Made by a program: the position numbers and the translations under genes. Below, one piece after another: positions 47,299-55,671 of a stretch of DNA of 64,000 bases. The notes beneath the pieces were generated by a model, which saw only the letters and a program-made list of their open reading frames with translations, had not been told where the DNA came from and searched no databases. This stretch comes from an uncultured Candidatus Rokubacteria bacterium. Lineage in GTDB: Bacteria > Methylomirabilota > Methylomirabilia > Rokubacteriales > CSP1-6. Location of the stretch: the NCBI GenBank assembly GCA_963789955.1, contig CAWBMV010000006.1, positions 442,265 to 506,264 on the forward strand, read 5' to 3'. Numbering within the stretch: the stretch's first letter is position 1; each line of letters starts with the position of its first letter.

Positions 47299-48038
47299 CG
47301 ACCAAGGCCGAGTTCCTGGCTCGGATTCGCGAGCAGGTGAGGCGGGCGCCCGGGCGGTTTCAGGCATCTTCCGCCCGACGCCCCCAGCATCCGGCCGCCG
47401 AGGCCGAGACGATCCGGCGCGAGCTCGCCGAGCGCTGGCCCGAAACGCTCGAGGCGTTCCGCCGTGAGTTCGAGGGCGTGGCCGGCGTGTTCCACAGGGT
47501 CGCCTCGATCGACATGGTGCCGGCCGTCGTATTCCGCATCGCGCACGAGCGTCAGGCGCGCGAGATGGTGACCTGGCACTCGGCGGCGCTCGGCGCCGAC
47601 CTGGCGCCTGCGCTCGGGGCCCGCGGCCTCGACGTCCATCCGATGCCCGCGGCGGAGCCGGTCGGCACCGCCGAGCGCGAGCGGCTCCGGGCGGCGGCCG
47701 CGCGGGCCGATCTCGGGCTGACCGGCGTCGACCTCGCCATCGCCGAGACGGGCACCCTGGTACTGGTGTCGGGCTCCGGGCGGCCGCGCTCGACGTCGCT
47801 GCTGCCGCCGTGTCACATCGCGGTCTTCGACCGGACGGCCCTGGTCGAGTCGCTGCGCCAGGTCGGCGTGTTCCTCGAGGCCTGGCACGGAGACGGCCGG
47901 GCGCCGTCCGGCGGCGCCTCGATCAACTTCATCACCGGTCCGAGCCGGACCGCGGACATCGAGCTCACCCTCACGCGCGGCGTTCACGGGCCCAAGGAAG
48001 TGCACGCGATCTTCGTGGACCAGCCGATCCGTGGCTGA
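47295..48038 (+). CDS. lutC: L-lactate utilisation protein LutC/LldG
   Basis: IAETGTL, SLLP..H and ITGPSRTADIELTLTRGVHGP. Confidence 0.9.
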   Translation: MTTKAEFLARIREQVRRAPGRFQASSARRPQHPAAEAETIRRELAERWPETLEAFRREFEGVAGVFHRVASIDMVPAVVFRIAHERQAREMVTWHSAALGADLAPALGARGLDVHPMPAAEPVGTAERERLRAAAARADLGLTGVDLAIAETGTLVLVSGSGRPRSTSLLPPCHIAVFDRTALVESLRQVGVFLEAWHGDGRAPSGGASINFITGPSRTADIELTLTRGVHGPKEVHAIFVDQPIRG

Positions 48039-48432
48039 GCGCTACTTCTCGGTCGCCGACGTGGAGGCGCTGATCCCGGAGCTGACGCGAGTCATGAAGC
48101 AGGTGATGTCCGCGAACGTCGAGGCGAGCGAGGCACGAGAGCGGCTACAGGCCGAGCAGCGCCGGATCGATCTGGCCGGCGGGGGCATCCTCGACCGCAG
48201 GGCGTGGCGCGCCGACAAGGACCGGATCGAGCGGCTGACCGCCGAGATGCAGCGCGGGCTCGGCGCGATCGCCGAGCTCGGCGGCGTGCCCAAGGATCTC
48301 AGCCTGGGCCTCGTCGACTTCCTGCACCTGCGGAACGGGCGCGAGGTCAACCTCTGCTGGAAGTATGGTGAGCGCGAGATTCGCCACTGGCACGGCCTGG
48401 ACGAGGGCTACGCCGGGAGGAAGCCACTCTGA
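48031..48432 (+). CDS. DUF2203-family protein
   Basis: YFSV..VEALIP, KDL..GLVDF and LCWKYGE..I.HWH..DEGYAGRKPL. Confidence 0.8.
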   Translation: MAERYFSVADVEALIPELTRVMKQVMSANVEASEARERLQAEQRRIDLAGGGILDRRAWRADKDRIERLTAEMQRGLGAIAELGGVPKDLSLGLVDFLHLRNGREVNLCWKYGEREIRHWHGLDEGYAGRKPL

Positions 48433-49178
48433 TGCCGTACGCCGCCATCCTGTTCGATCTCTTCGACACCCTGGTCCGCTTCGACCGCGAGCGCATGCCC
48501 GAGGTCGAGATCAACGGCAAGACGGTGCGCTCCTCGGCGGGCCTCCTGCACGCGATCTTGAAGACGCAGGCGCCCCAGGTCGGTCTCGAGCGCTGCTACG
48601 AGGCGCTCGGCGAGAGCTGGCGTGAGGCCGAGCGCCTGCGCTCGATCGACCATCGCGAGGTGTCGGCCTCGGAGCGGTTCGCGCACTTCTTCCAGACGCT
48701 GGGGCTCGACCAGGCCGCGCTGCCCAGCGGATTCGACCGCGCGTTGATCGACGCCCACCGCAACGCGCTCGGGGGCGCCGCCGAGTTCCCGGCCCACCAC
48801 GGTCCGCTCCTGCGCCGGCTCGCGGAGCGCTATCGGCTCGCGGTCGTGTCGAACTTCGACTACACCCCGACCGCCCTCGACATCCTGGAGCGCGCCGGTG
48901 TCGTCGGGCTCTTCGACACGATCGTCGTCTCCGACGAGATCGGCTGGCGCAAGCCCCGGCGCGACATCTTCGACGCGGCGCTCGGCCGGCTGGGCGTCCG
49001 CGCGGACGAAGCGCTCTTCGTCGGAGACCGCGCCGACATGGACGTGCTGGGCGCGCAGCAGATCGGCATGGACGCCGCGTGGATCAACCGCGACGCCGAG
49101 CCGCTGCCGGCCGGGATCGCGAAGCCGACCTACGAGATCCGCGACCTGGCCGAGCTGGCCACGATCCTGAAGCTCTGA
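48432..49178 (+). CDS. HAD-superfamily hydrolase
   Basis: FDLFDTL, VVSN, KP..DIF and FVGD...DV.GA. Confidence 0.88.
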   Translation: MPYAAILFDLFDTLVRFDRERMPEVEINGKTVRSSAGLLHAILKTQAPQVGLERCYEALGESWREAERLRSIDHREVSASERFAHFFQTLGLDQAALPSGFDRALIDAHRNALGGAAEFPAHHGPLLRRLAERYRLAVVSNFDYTPTALDILERAGVVGLFDTIVVSDEIGWRKPRRDIFDAALGRLGVRADEALFVGDRADMDVLGAQQIGMDAAWINRDAEPLPAGIAKPTYEIRDLAELATILKL

Positions 49179-49212
49179 GCCGCAAAGGGACATCTTAAGG
49201 AGCGCGGGAGTT

Positions 49213-49286
49213 CGGGCGTGCGGAGCCGGGTCGCGCCTGTCTCAGGCCACCCCCGGACCAAGCCGGCCTCGAGGTCCCCGCTACAA
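49213..49286 (+). repeat. 74-bp dispersed element, copy 4 (HAD-trxB junction)
   Basis: CGGGCGTGCGGAGCCGGGTCGCGCCTGTCTCAGGCCACCCCCGGACCAAGCCGGCCTCGAGGTCCCCGCTACAA. Confidence 0.9.
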
Positions 49287-49306
49287 CAAGCCGGTACAAT
49301 ACAGAT

Positions 49307-50245
49307 ATGACGACCACTCGGAAAATCATCATCATCGGATCCGGTCCGGCCGGGTACACCGCGGCGATCTACGCGGCGCGCGCCAATCTCGCGCCGCTCA
49401 TGTTCACGGGCCTGCACTACGGCGGTCAGCTCATGCTGACGACGCTCGTCGAGAACTACCCGGGCTTCGTCGAGGGGATCCAGGGCCCGGAGCTGATGGA
49501 GACGATGCAGAAGCAAGCGGCTCATTTCGGCACCGAGATGAACAGCGAGGACGTGACCGCGGTGGACTTCAGCCGGCGGCCCTTCGTCGTCACGGCCGGC
49601 CCGCAGACGTTCGAAGCGCAGACCGTCGTCATCGCCACCGGCGCCACGGCGAAGCTCCTGGGCTTGCCCGGGGAGTCGAAGCTGATGGGGCGCGGTATCT
49701 CGACCTGCGCGACGTGTGACGGTTTCTTCTTCAAGGACCAGAACATCATGGTCGTCGGAGGCGGGGACTCCGCGCTGGAGGAAGCGCTCTATCTCTCGCG
49801 TCTCGGCCGCCACGTCGACGTCGTACACCGGCGCGACACGCTCCGCGCCTCGAAGATCATGCAGGACCGTGCGCGCCAGAACCCGAAGATCGAGTTCATC
49901 CTGGACACGGTGGTCGAGGACGTCCTCGGCGCCGATTCCGGCAAGGTGACGGGCGTGCGCCTCAAGAACGTGAAGACCGGCGCCCAGCAGGAGAAGGCGG
50001 TCAATGGGCTCTTCGTGGCGATCGGCCACCAGCCGAACACGAAGATCTTCCGGGGCCAGGTCGAGCTGTTGCCGAACGGCTACGTCAAGGTCAAGCCGGG
50101 GAGCACCGAGACCAGTGTGCCCGGTGTGTACGCGGCCGGGGACGTGCAGGACTTCACGTATCGCCAGGCGGTGACGGCGGCCGCCACCGGCTGCATGGCC
50201 GCGCTCGAGGCGGAACGCTACCTCGAGGGCACGGAAGCTCGCTAG
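49307..50245 (+). CDS. trxB: Thioredoxin reductase
   Basis: GSGPAGYTAAIY, CATCDG, VGGGDSA and YRQAVTAA.TGC; TACAAT at 49295-49300. Confidence 0.96.
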   Translation: MTTTRKIIIIGSGPAGYTAAIYAARANLAPLMFTGLHYGGQLMLTTLVENYPGFVEGIQGPELMETMQKQAAHFGTEMNSEDVTAVDFSRRPFVVTAGPQTFEAQTVVIATGATAKLLGLPGESKLMGRGISTCATCDGFFFKDQNIMVVGGGDSALEEALYLSRLGRHVDVVHRRDTLRASKIMQDRARQNPKIEFILDTVVEDVLGADSGKVTGVRLKNVKTGAQQEKAVNGLFVAIGHQPNTKIFRGQVELLPNGYVKVKPGSTETSVPGVYAAGDVQDFTYRQAVTAAATGCMAALEAERYLEGTEAR

Positions 50246-50297
50246 GTGCGCTATCATGCTTCGCGCGGCGAACGCTAGATCAGGGAGGAACGAACAG

Positions 50298-50534
50298 ATG
50301 GCCGTCCCGGTCACTGTCTACAGCAACGTCGGCTGAGGGCCCTGCCACAAAGCGATGGAGTATCTATCGCAAAAGGGTATCCAGTTCACCGAGCGAAACG
50401 TCGGGAAGGACCCGAAGGCGCGCGAGGAGCTGATGGCGCTCGGATTGCTGTCGCTGCCGGTCATCATCATCGGCGACAAGCGCCTCACCGGCTTCAACCC
50501 GAAGGCGATCGACGCGGCGCTCGGCGCGCCGTAG
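50298..50534 (+). CDS. Glutaredoxin/NrdH-like redoxin, probable selenoprotein (U13, UGPC motif)
   Basis: GGAGG RBS at 50284; MAVPVTVYSNVG-U(TGA 50334)-GPCHKAMEYLSQKGIQFTERNV...LSLPVIIIGDKRLTGFNP; hairpin at 50352-50370. Confidence 0.85.
50352..50370 (+). promoter_or_regulatory. Candidate bacterial SECIS hairpin
   Basis: GCGATGGA-GTA-TCTATCGC 8-bp stem starting 15 nt after the in-frame TGA. Confidence 0.6.
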
Positions 50535-50547
50535 TCGAGGAGACAGC

Positions 50548-50967
50548 ATGCAAGAACCCTCGGCGGCCAACGTGGACAAGATGTGGGCATACGCGCGCAA
50601 GTACGCCGAGAAGTCGGGCTCGTCGCTCCATCCCGACCGGGCCGTGACCGAGACCGTGGTGACCGGGCTCGCCCGGCACATCGAGCAGGTCGGCAAGCCG
50701 CTCTGCCCGTGCAACTTCTATCCGGATCCGGCCGCCGAGGCCAAGCAGCGCCGCTGGATCTGCGCCTGCGACGAGATGCAGAAGTACAAGTACTGCCACT
50801 GCCTGCTGTTCGTCAGGTCTGACGGGCTGCCGATCACCGAATACTTGCCCGAAGACCACGAGGGCCGCGACGCCTACGGAATCACGAAGGACGAGCATCC
50901 GGACAAGGGCCGCGCGATGGCGAAGGTGCTGGACCGGCACCAGACCGAGCCGACGAGCGGCGCCTAG
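50548..50967 (+). CDS. Ferredoxin:thioredoxin reductase catalytic-subunit family protein
   Basis: GLA.H....G.PLCPC, WICACDEM and CHCLLF: the three Cys motifs of FTR-c; GAGGAG RBS. Confidence 0.88.
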   Translation: MQEPSAANVDKMWAYARKYAEKSGSSLHPDRAVTETVVTGLARHIEQVGKPLCPCNFYPDPAAEAKQRRWICACDEMQKYKYCHCLLFVRSDGLPITEYLPEDHEGRDAYGITKDEHPDKGRAMAKVLDRHQTEPTSGA

Positions 50968-50973
50968 CGCCGT

Positions 50974-51774
50974 TCAGGTTCCGACGCGGAGGGTCGCGGA
51001 GAAGTCTCGCAGGAACGCGATCGTCGATAGGTACGACAGCTTCCCGGTTCTCGGATTCTCCGAGGGCACGTTCTCGATCTCGATCGTCAGCCGCCCGAAT
51101 TCCCCCTGCACGGTGATCCGATGGCGGTTCAGCGGCTGCTCCGGCGACGCGAAAATGCGGATCCGCGTCTTCTCGGGTCCGATGCCGGCCAGGGACAAGG
51201 CGGCCACCACGTTGACGTTCGCCGGGAAGGCGCGGCACGCCTCGGTGGCCGTGCCCTCGAAGATCAGCGTCTCCCGCGTGATCGAATCGAGATCGATCTT
51301 CTGCGACTCGATCCACGGTGCTCCGGCGAGGCCGCGCGGAGGCTTACGCGTCTCCATCGTGACCGAGTCGATCACGCCGACCTTCGCGCCCTTGACGCCG
51401 TCGAGCCCCGCGATCGCCGCCGAGGGAACGTAGATGCGGCAGCGATTGGCGGCGGCGAGGTCGATCCAGTCCTGACGGCCGATGAGCCCGCCACACGAAA
51501 GCACGACGAGGTCCTTGCCGGCCGCAAGCGTCCTGGGAGCGATCTCGTCGCGCAGGTGCCCCTGCGTTGACGCCTCGATCACCAGGTCGGACGCGCGAAT
51601 GAGCTCGTCGAGCGACAGCAAGGGTGCGGGGGAGCCGAGGCTCTTCAGAAAACGCTCGGCTTTTTCGCGATCGCGCGCGGTGGCGCCGGCAAGGTGGAGA
51701 CCCGCGATGCCGTCGTCGAGCGCGCGGCACAGTGGCCGGCCGATCGCGCCGAGCCCAACGACGCCGACCTCCAT
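50974..51774 (-). CDS. nadX: L-aspartate dehydrogenase family protein
   Basis: VGVVGLGAIG, PSAAIAGLD, TRKPP, FPANVNV and ENVPSENPRTGKLS. Confidence 0.85.
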   Translation of the reverse strand: MEVGVVGLGAIGRPLCRALDDGIAGLHLAGATARDREKAERFLKSLGSPAPLLSLDELIRASDLVIEASTQGHLRDEIAPRTLAAGKDLVVLSCGGLIGRQDWIDLAAANRCRIYVPSAAIAGLDGVKGAKVGVIDSVTMETRKPPRGLAGAPWIESQKIDLDSITRETLIFEGTATEACRAFPANVNVVAALSLAGIGPEKTRIRIFASPEQPLNRHRITVQGEFGRLTIEIENVPSENPRTGKLSYLSTIAFLRDFSATLRVGT

Positions 51775-51808
51775 GATCGCGCATGGTATCATGCCGCCAG
51801 GCACTCGA

Positions 51809-52690
51809 ATGACGGCAGCGCAGCGTCTGCGGCAGCCGCTCGAGCGGCTCTATCGCGAGTTCGACTACGGCGCCCGTGTCGAGCTCGACGCCATCCGATT
51901 CCCCCTTCGCTACGACGCCCCGCGCGATCGCGAGCTCGTCGGCCTGCTGACCGCGTGCCTCGCCTACGGCCGCGTCGACCTGTTCAGCGGCCAGCTCGAA
52001 GGCATCCTGGCGCGCATGGGGCCGTCGCCCGCCGCGTTCGTCGCCGGGTTCGACCCGCGGCGCGACGCCGTCGCCTTCGACGACTTCTGGTATCGCTTCA
52101 ATCGCCCGCCCGACCTCGTCGCCTTCTGCATCGCGGCCCGTGATCTCCTCGCCCGCTTCGGCACCCTCGAGAAGTGTTTCCTGGCCGGCGATCCCGAGGC
52201 GGGAGGCCCGATCGGCCCGGCCCTCGAGCGGTTCGCCCGCGCGTTCCTCGAGGCCGATCTGCGCGAGGTCTTCCCGCGCGGCCGTATCTCGCGCGGCTAT
52301 CGGCATCTCTTCCCGCTGCCCTCGCTCGGCGGCCCATGCAAACGGCTGAATCTGTTCCTGCGCTGGATGGTGCGGCGCGAGCCGCCCGACTTCGGTCTCT
52401 GGACGTCGGTGGCGCCGTCGCGTCTGCTGATGCCGATCGACACCCACATCGAGAACATCAGCCGCTCGATCGGGCTCACGCAGCGCCGCTCGCGCAACTG
52501 GCGCATGGCCGAGGAGATCACCCAGCGGCTCGCGCTGGTTGACGCCGCCGACCCCGTGAAGTTCGACTTCGCGCTCTGCCACAAGCGGATGTCGGGCGAC
52601 TGCCTCGATCGGCGGGACGCGAAGGTATGCGCCCCCTGCGGCTTCAAGACCGTCTGCCGACACTGGCGCGGGCGAGCGGCCCGTGCTTGA
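51809..52690 (+). CDS. TIGR02757/DUF2400-family protein
   Basis: DRELVG...A.LAYGRV, CKRLNLFLRWMVR, PIDTHI and DPVKFDFALCH. Confidence 0.8.
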   Translation: MTAAQRLRQPLERLYREFDYGARVELDAIRFPLRYDAPRDRELVGLLTACLAYGRVDLFSGQLEGILARMGPSPAAFVAGFDPRRDAVAFDDFWYRFNRPPDLVAFCIAARDLLARFGTLEKCFLAGDPEAGGPIGPALERFARAFLEADLREVFPRGRISRGYRHLFPLPSLGGPCKRLNLFLRWMVRREPPDFGLWTSVAPSRLLMPIDTHIENISRSIGLTQRRSRNWRMAEEITQRLALVDAADPVKFDFALCHKRMSGDCLDRRDAKVCAPCGFKTVCRHWRGRAARA

Positions 52691-54071
52691 GGCGGCACTC
52701 GTCGTCGTCGCGCTGGCCGTCGGCGCCGGGGTGGCATGGCTCGCCGTCTGGACCCATTTCTCTTCGCGCGGCCATGCCGAGCGTCGGGCCCGCGATGTCC
52801 GGATCGCGGAGCTGGAGGCGCGCAGCGACGAGCTGCGTCGCCAGCTGACCGAAAAGAGCTCGGAGGTCGAGAGCGTGCGGCGCGAGATGGGGGCCGAGCG
52901 CAGCCAGCGCGCCGACTCCGACGCGCGCCTGGACGAGGCGCGCAAGAGCCTCGACGAGCAGCGCCGCGTCTTCGACGAGGCACGGGTGAACCTCAAGGAG
53001 ACGTTCGAGGCGCTGAGCCACCAGGCGCTCCGCACGAGCAACAGCGAGTTCCTGAAGCTCGCCGAGGAGCGGCTGGGCCAACGCCAGAAGGAGATCGACG
53101 CGAGCCTCACGCCGTTGCGGAGCGCGCTCGAACGCTACGAGGGCGGGATCCGCGGCCTCGAGCAGGCGCGCGATCAGGCGTACGGCAGCCTGAGGACCGA
53201 GGTCGAGCGGCTGGCACGTCTGAGCGAGCGGCTCCAGGGCGAGACCGGCAATCTCGTGAACGCCCTCCGCTCGCCTCAAGTACGGGGGCGCTGGGGTGAG
53301 GTGACCCTGCACCGCGTCGTCGAGCTCGCGGGAATGACCGAGCACTGCGACTACGTCGAGCAGGTGACGATCGAAACCGAAGGCGGACGCCTGCGGCCGG
53401 ACATGGTCGTGAACCTGCCGGGCGGGCGCACGATCGTCGTCGACGCGAAGGTCCCGCTCGCCGCGTATCTGGAGGCAACATCCACCGCGAGCGACGACGA
53501 GCGACGCGGCGCCATGGTGCGCCACGCCCGTCAGGTCCGCGATCACATGAACGCGCTCGCGGCCAAGGCGTACTGGGAGCAGTTCACGACCACGCCGGAG
53601 CTCGTGGTCATGTTCATCCCCGGGGAATCGTTCGTCAGCGCGGCAGCCCAGGCGGATCCCGCGCTCATCGAGGACGGCATGAACCGGCGCGTCGTCGTCG
53701 CGACCCCGACGACGCTCGTCGCGTTGCTCCACGCCGTCGCCTACGGCTGGCGACAGGAGCAGGTCGCGACCAACGCCGAGGGGATCCGCAAGCTCGGCAG
53801 CGAGCTCTACGATCGCCTGCGCACCCTGGCGGGCCACTTCGACTCGGTCGGCGGGGCGCTCGGCCGCGCCGTCAACGCGTACAACGCGTTCGTCGGATCG
53901 ATGGAGACGCGCGTGTTGCCCTCGGCGCGGCGCTTCCGCGACCTCGGCGCCGCGACCGGCGACGAGCTCGCGCAGCTGGCTCCTGTCGAGCAAGCGCCGC
54001 GACAACCGGATGCACCGGAGTATCCGCGACAGCTCACCACGAGCGAGACCACCGAGGAGGGGCGCGCGTAG
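52683..54071 (+). CDS. rmuC: DNA recombination protein RmuC
   Basis: N-terminal TM and coiled coil; RGRWGE..L, RPDMVV.LP, VDAKVP and FIPGE. Confidence 0.92.
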   Translation: MLEAALVVVALAVGAGVAWLAVWTHFSSRGHAERRARDVRIAELEARSDELRRQLTEKSSEVESVRREMGAERSQRADSDARLDEARKSLDEQRRVFDEARVNLKETFEALSHQALRTSNSEFLKLAEERLGQRQKEIDASLTPLRSALERYEGGIRGLEQARDQAYGSLRTEVERLARLSERLQGETGNLVNALRSPQVRGRWGEVTLHRVVELAGMTEHCDYVEQVTIETEGGRLRPDMVVNLPGGRTIVVDAKVPLAAYLEATSTASDDERRGAMVRHARQVRDHMNALAAKAYWEQFTTTPELVVMFIPGESFVSAAAQADPALIEDGMNRRVVVATPTTLVALLHAVAYGWRQEQVATNAEGIRKLGSELYDRLRTLAGHFDSVGGALGRAVNAYNAFVGSMETRVLPSARRFRDLGAATGDELAQLAPVEQAPRQPDAPEYPRQLTTSETTEEGRA

Positions 54072-54126
54072 TTTTGCGCGGCGTCTCGGACCCGAGCGAT
54101 GAAATCACGCGTGGTATGATCGGCCC

Positions 54127-54432
54127 ATGACCCCGCCCATCCCGATCCAGGTTTACGGAATCAACCTCCTGGTGCGACTGATGGCAGAGGGACCCGCCGA
54201 CGTCCGCGTGCACTGCCCGAAGGGCTCTCCGATCCGCTACGGCGAAGTGACGGCGCGTGGCGACGGCTTCGACGAAGGCGCGAATGCATTCCGGGAAATG
54301 CCGGACCTCAAAGCGGTCGTGGCGTTCGAGGAGTCGGCCGAGGAGGTCGAGGGACACTACTTCTACATCGCGGGCGAGGAGTATCGCGTCATCAGGCTCG
54401 ACGCAGTCATCCTGTCCTTTCCTCACGAGTAG
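54127..54432 (+). CDS. Divergent GroES/Cpn10-like protein
   Basis: IQVYG.NLLVR, GEVTARGDG and IAGEEYRVIRLDAVIL align by eye with GroES strands (IRPLGDRVLV, GEVVAVGPG, IDGEEYLIL.E.DIL). Confidence 0.55.
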   Translation: MTPPIPIQVYGINLLVRLMAEGPADVRVHCPKGSPIRYGEVTARGDGFDEGANAFREMPDLKAVVAFEESAEEVEGHYFYIAGEEYRVIRLDAVILSFPHE

Positions 54433-54438
54433 TTCTCC

Positions 54439-55671
54439 GTGGCCCGCGCTGGCGCCACGGCCGTCAAAGCGGCGCTGGCGTGTCTCGACGAAGCTGAGCT
54501 GATCGACCTCACCCGAGCCCTTATCCGGATACCCAGCGTCGTCCGTCCGGGCGACGCCGATGCCACCGAGGCCGCCGTTGCCCACCACGTGGAAGCCTGG
54601 TTCACCAAGCAGGGGTTCGACCTCGAGATCCAGGACGTCGCGCCCGGACGCCCGAACGTCATCGCCTGGCTCGGTGAGAAGGGCGGCGGCAAGAGCCTGC
54701 TCCTCGAGGGCCACACGGACGTGGTGACGGAAGGCGATCCCGCCGAGTGGACCCATCCACCGTTCGGCGCCGATCTGGTCGACGGCCGGATCTACGGTCG
54801 CGGCGCCGCCGACATGAAGAGCGGCCTCGCGGCGGCGATGGTCGCGGCGGTCGCCATCAAGCGAAGCGGCGCCTCACTGAACGGGCGTCTGGTCGTCGGC
54901 GCGCTGGTCGACGAAGAAGGCGACATGATCGGCGTCAAGCACCTGTGCACGACGCCGATCGGGCGCGAGCTCGATGCGGCGATCATCTGCGAGCCGGAGC
55001 AGAACGAGCTGTGCCTCGAGCAGCGCGGCGTGGTGTGGGCGCGGATCGCGATCCGCGGCCGCATGGCCCACGGCGCGATGCCGGAGGCCGGCGTGAATCC
55101 GATCACGGCGCTCGGGGCGCTCCTGCAGGAAGTCCCGGCGCTCGAGCGACGACTGCGGAAGCTCTGCCGTCCGAGCCCGCACCTTCGCCCGCCGACGGTC
55201 ACGCCGACCATCGCGCGCTCACCGGGACAGGGCGTCGAGCAGTCGAACGTGATTCCCTCGAGCGCGCGGGCGGTCCTCGACGTCCGGCTCACGCCGGGCC
55301 CCGACGAGGCAGCCGTGGCGCGCGAGATCGACCTTGCCTGCCACCAGGCGATGGCGCGCTGCCCAGGGAGCACGATCGAGTGGGCGCCCGTGAACGGATT
55401 CCGCCTGGCGACCCGGGTCGAGCGCGCTGAGCCGCTGGTGAAGGCGATGGTCGCCGGTGTTCGGCAGGCCACCGGACGGCGCGCCGTCTTCGGCGGCGTC
55501 CCGGGCTCGACCGATGGCACGATCCTCCGGATGCAGCTCGGCATCCCCATCGTGACCTGCGGCCCGGGTCATCGGCTCATTCCCCACCAGGCGGACGAGT
55601 ACGTCGAGGTGAGCGAGCTCGTCGACGCGGCGAAGATCTACGTCGCCTCGGTTCTGAATTTCCTCAAATGA
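54439..55671 (+). CDS. M20 family metallopeptidase (ArgE/DapE-like)
   Basis: EGHTDVV, YGRGAADMKSG, DEE, ICEP, GSTDG and HQADEYV. Confidence 0.9.
   Translation: MARAGATAVKAALACLDEAELIDLTRALIRIPSVVRPGDADATEAAVAHHVEAWFTKQGFDLEIQDVAPGRPNVIAWLGEKGGGKSLLLEGHTDVVTEGDPAEWTHPPFGADLVDGRIYGRGAADMKSGLAAAMVAAVAIKRSGASLNGRLVVGALVDEEGDMIGVKHLCTTPIGRELDAAIICEPEQNELCLEQRGVVWARIAIRGRMAHGAMPEAGVNPITALGALLQEVPALERRLRKLCRPSPHLRPPTVTPTIARSPGQGVEQSNVIPSSARAVLDVRLTPGPDEAAVAREIDLACHQAMARCPGSTIEWAPVNGFRLATRVERAEPLVKAMVAGVRQATGRRAVFGGVPGSTDGTILRMQLGIPIVTCGPGHRLIPHQADEYVEVSELVDAAKIYVASVLNFLK

Noticed and set aside
49176..49310. Sec readthrough of the HAD TGA into the open frame through repeat copy 4
   Set aside because: The HAD domain is complete at the TGA, it is not at a Cys-motif position, and the downstream sequence is repeat-derived
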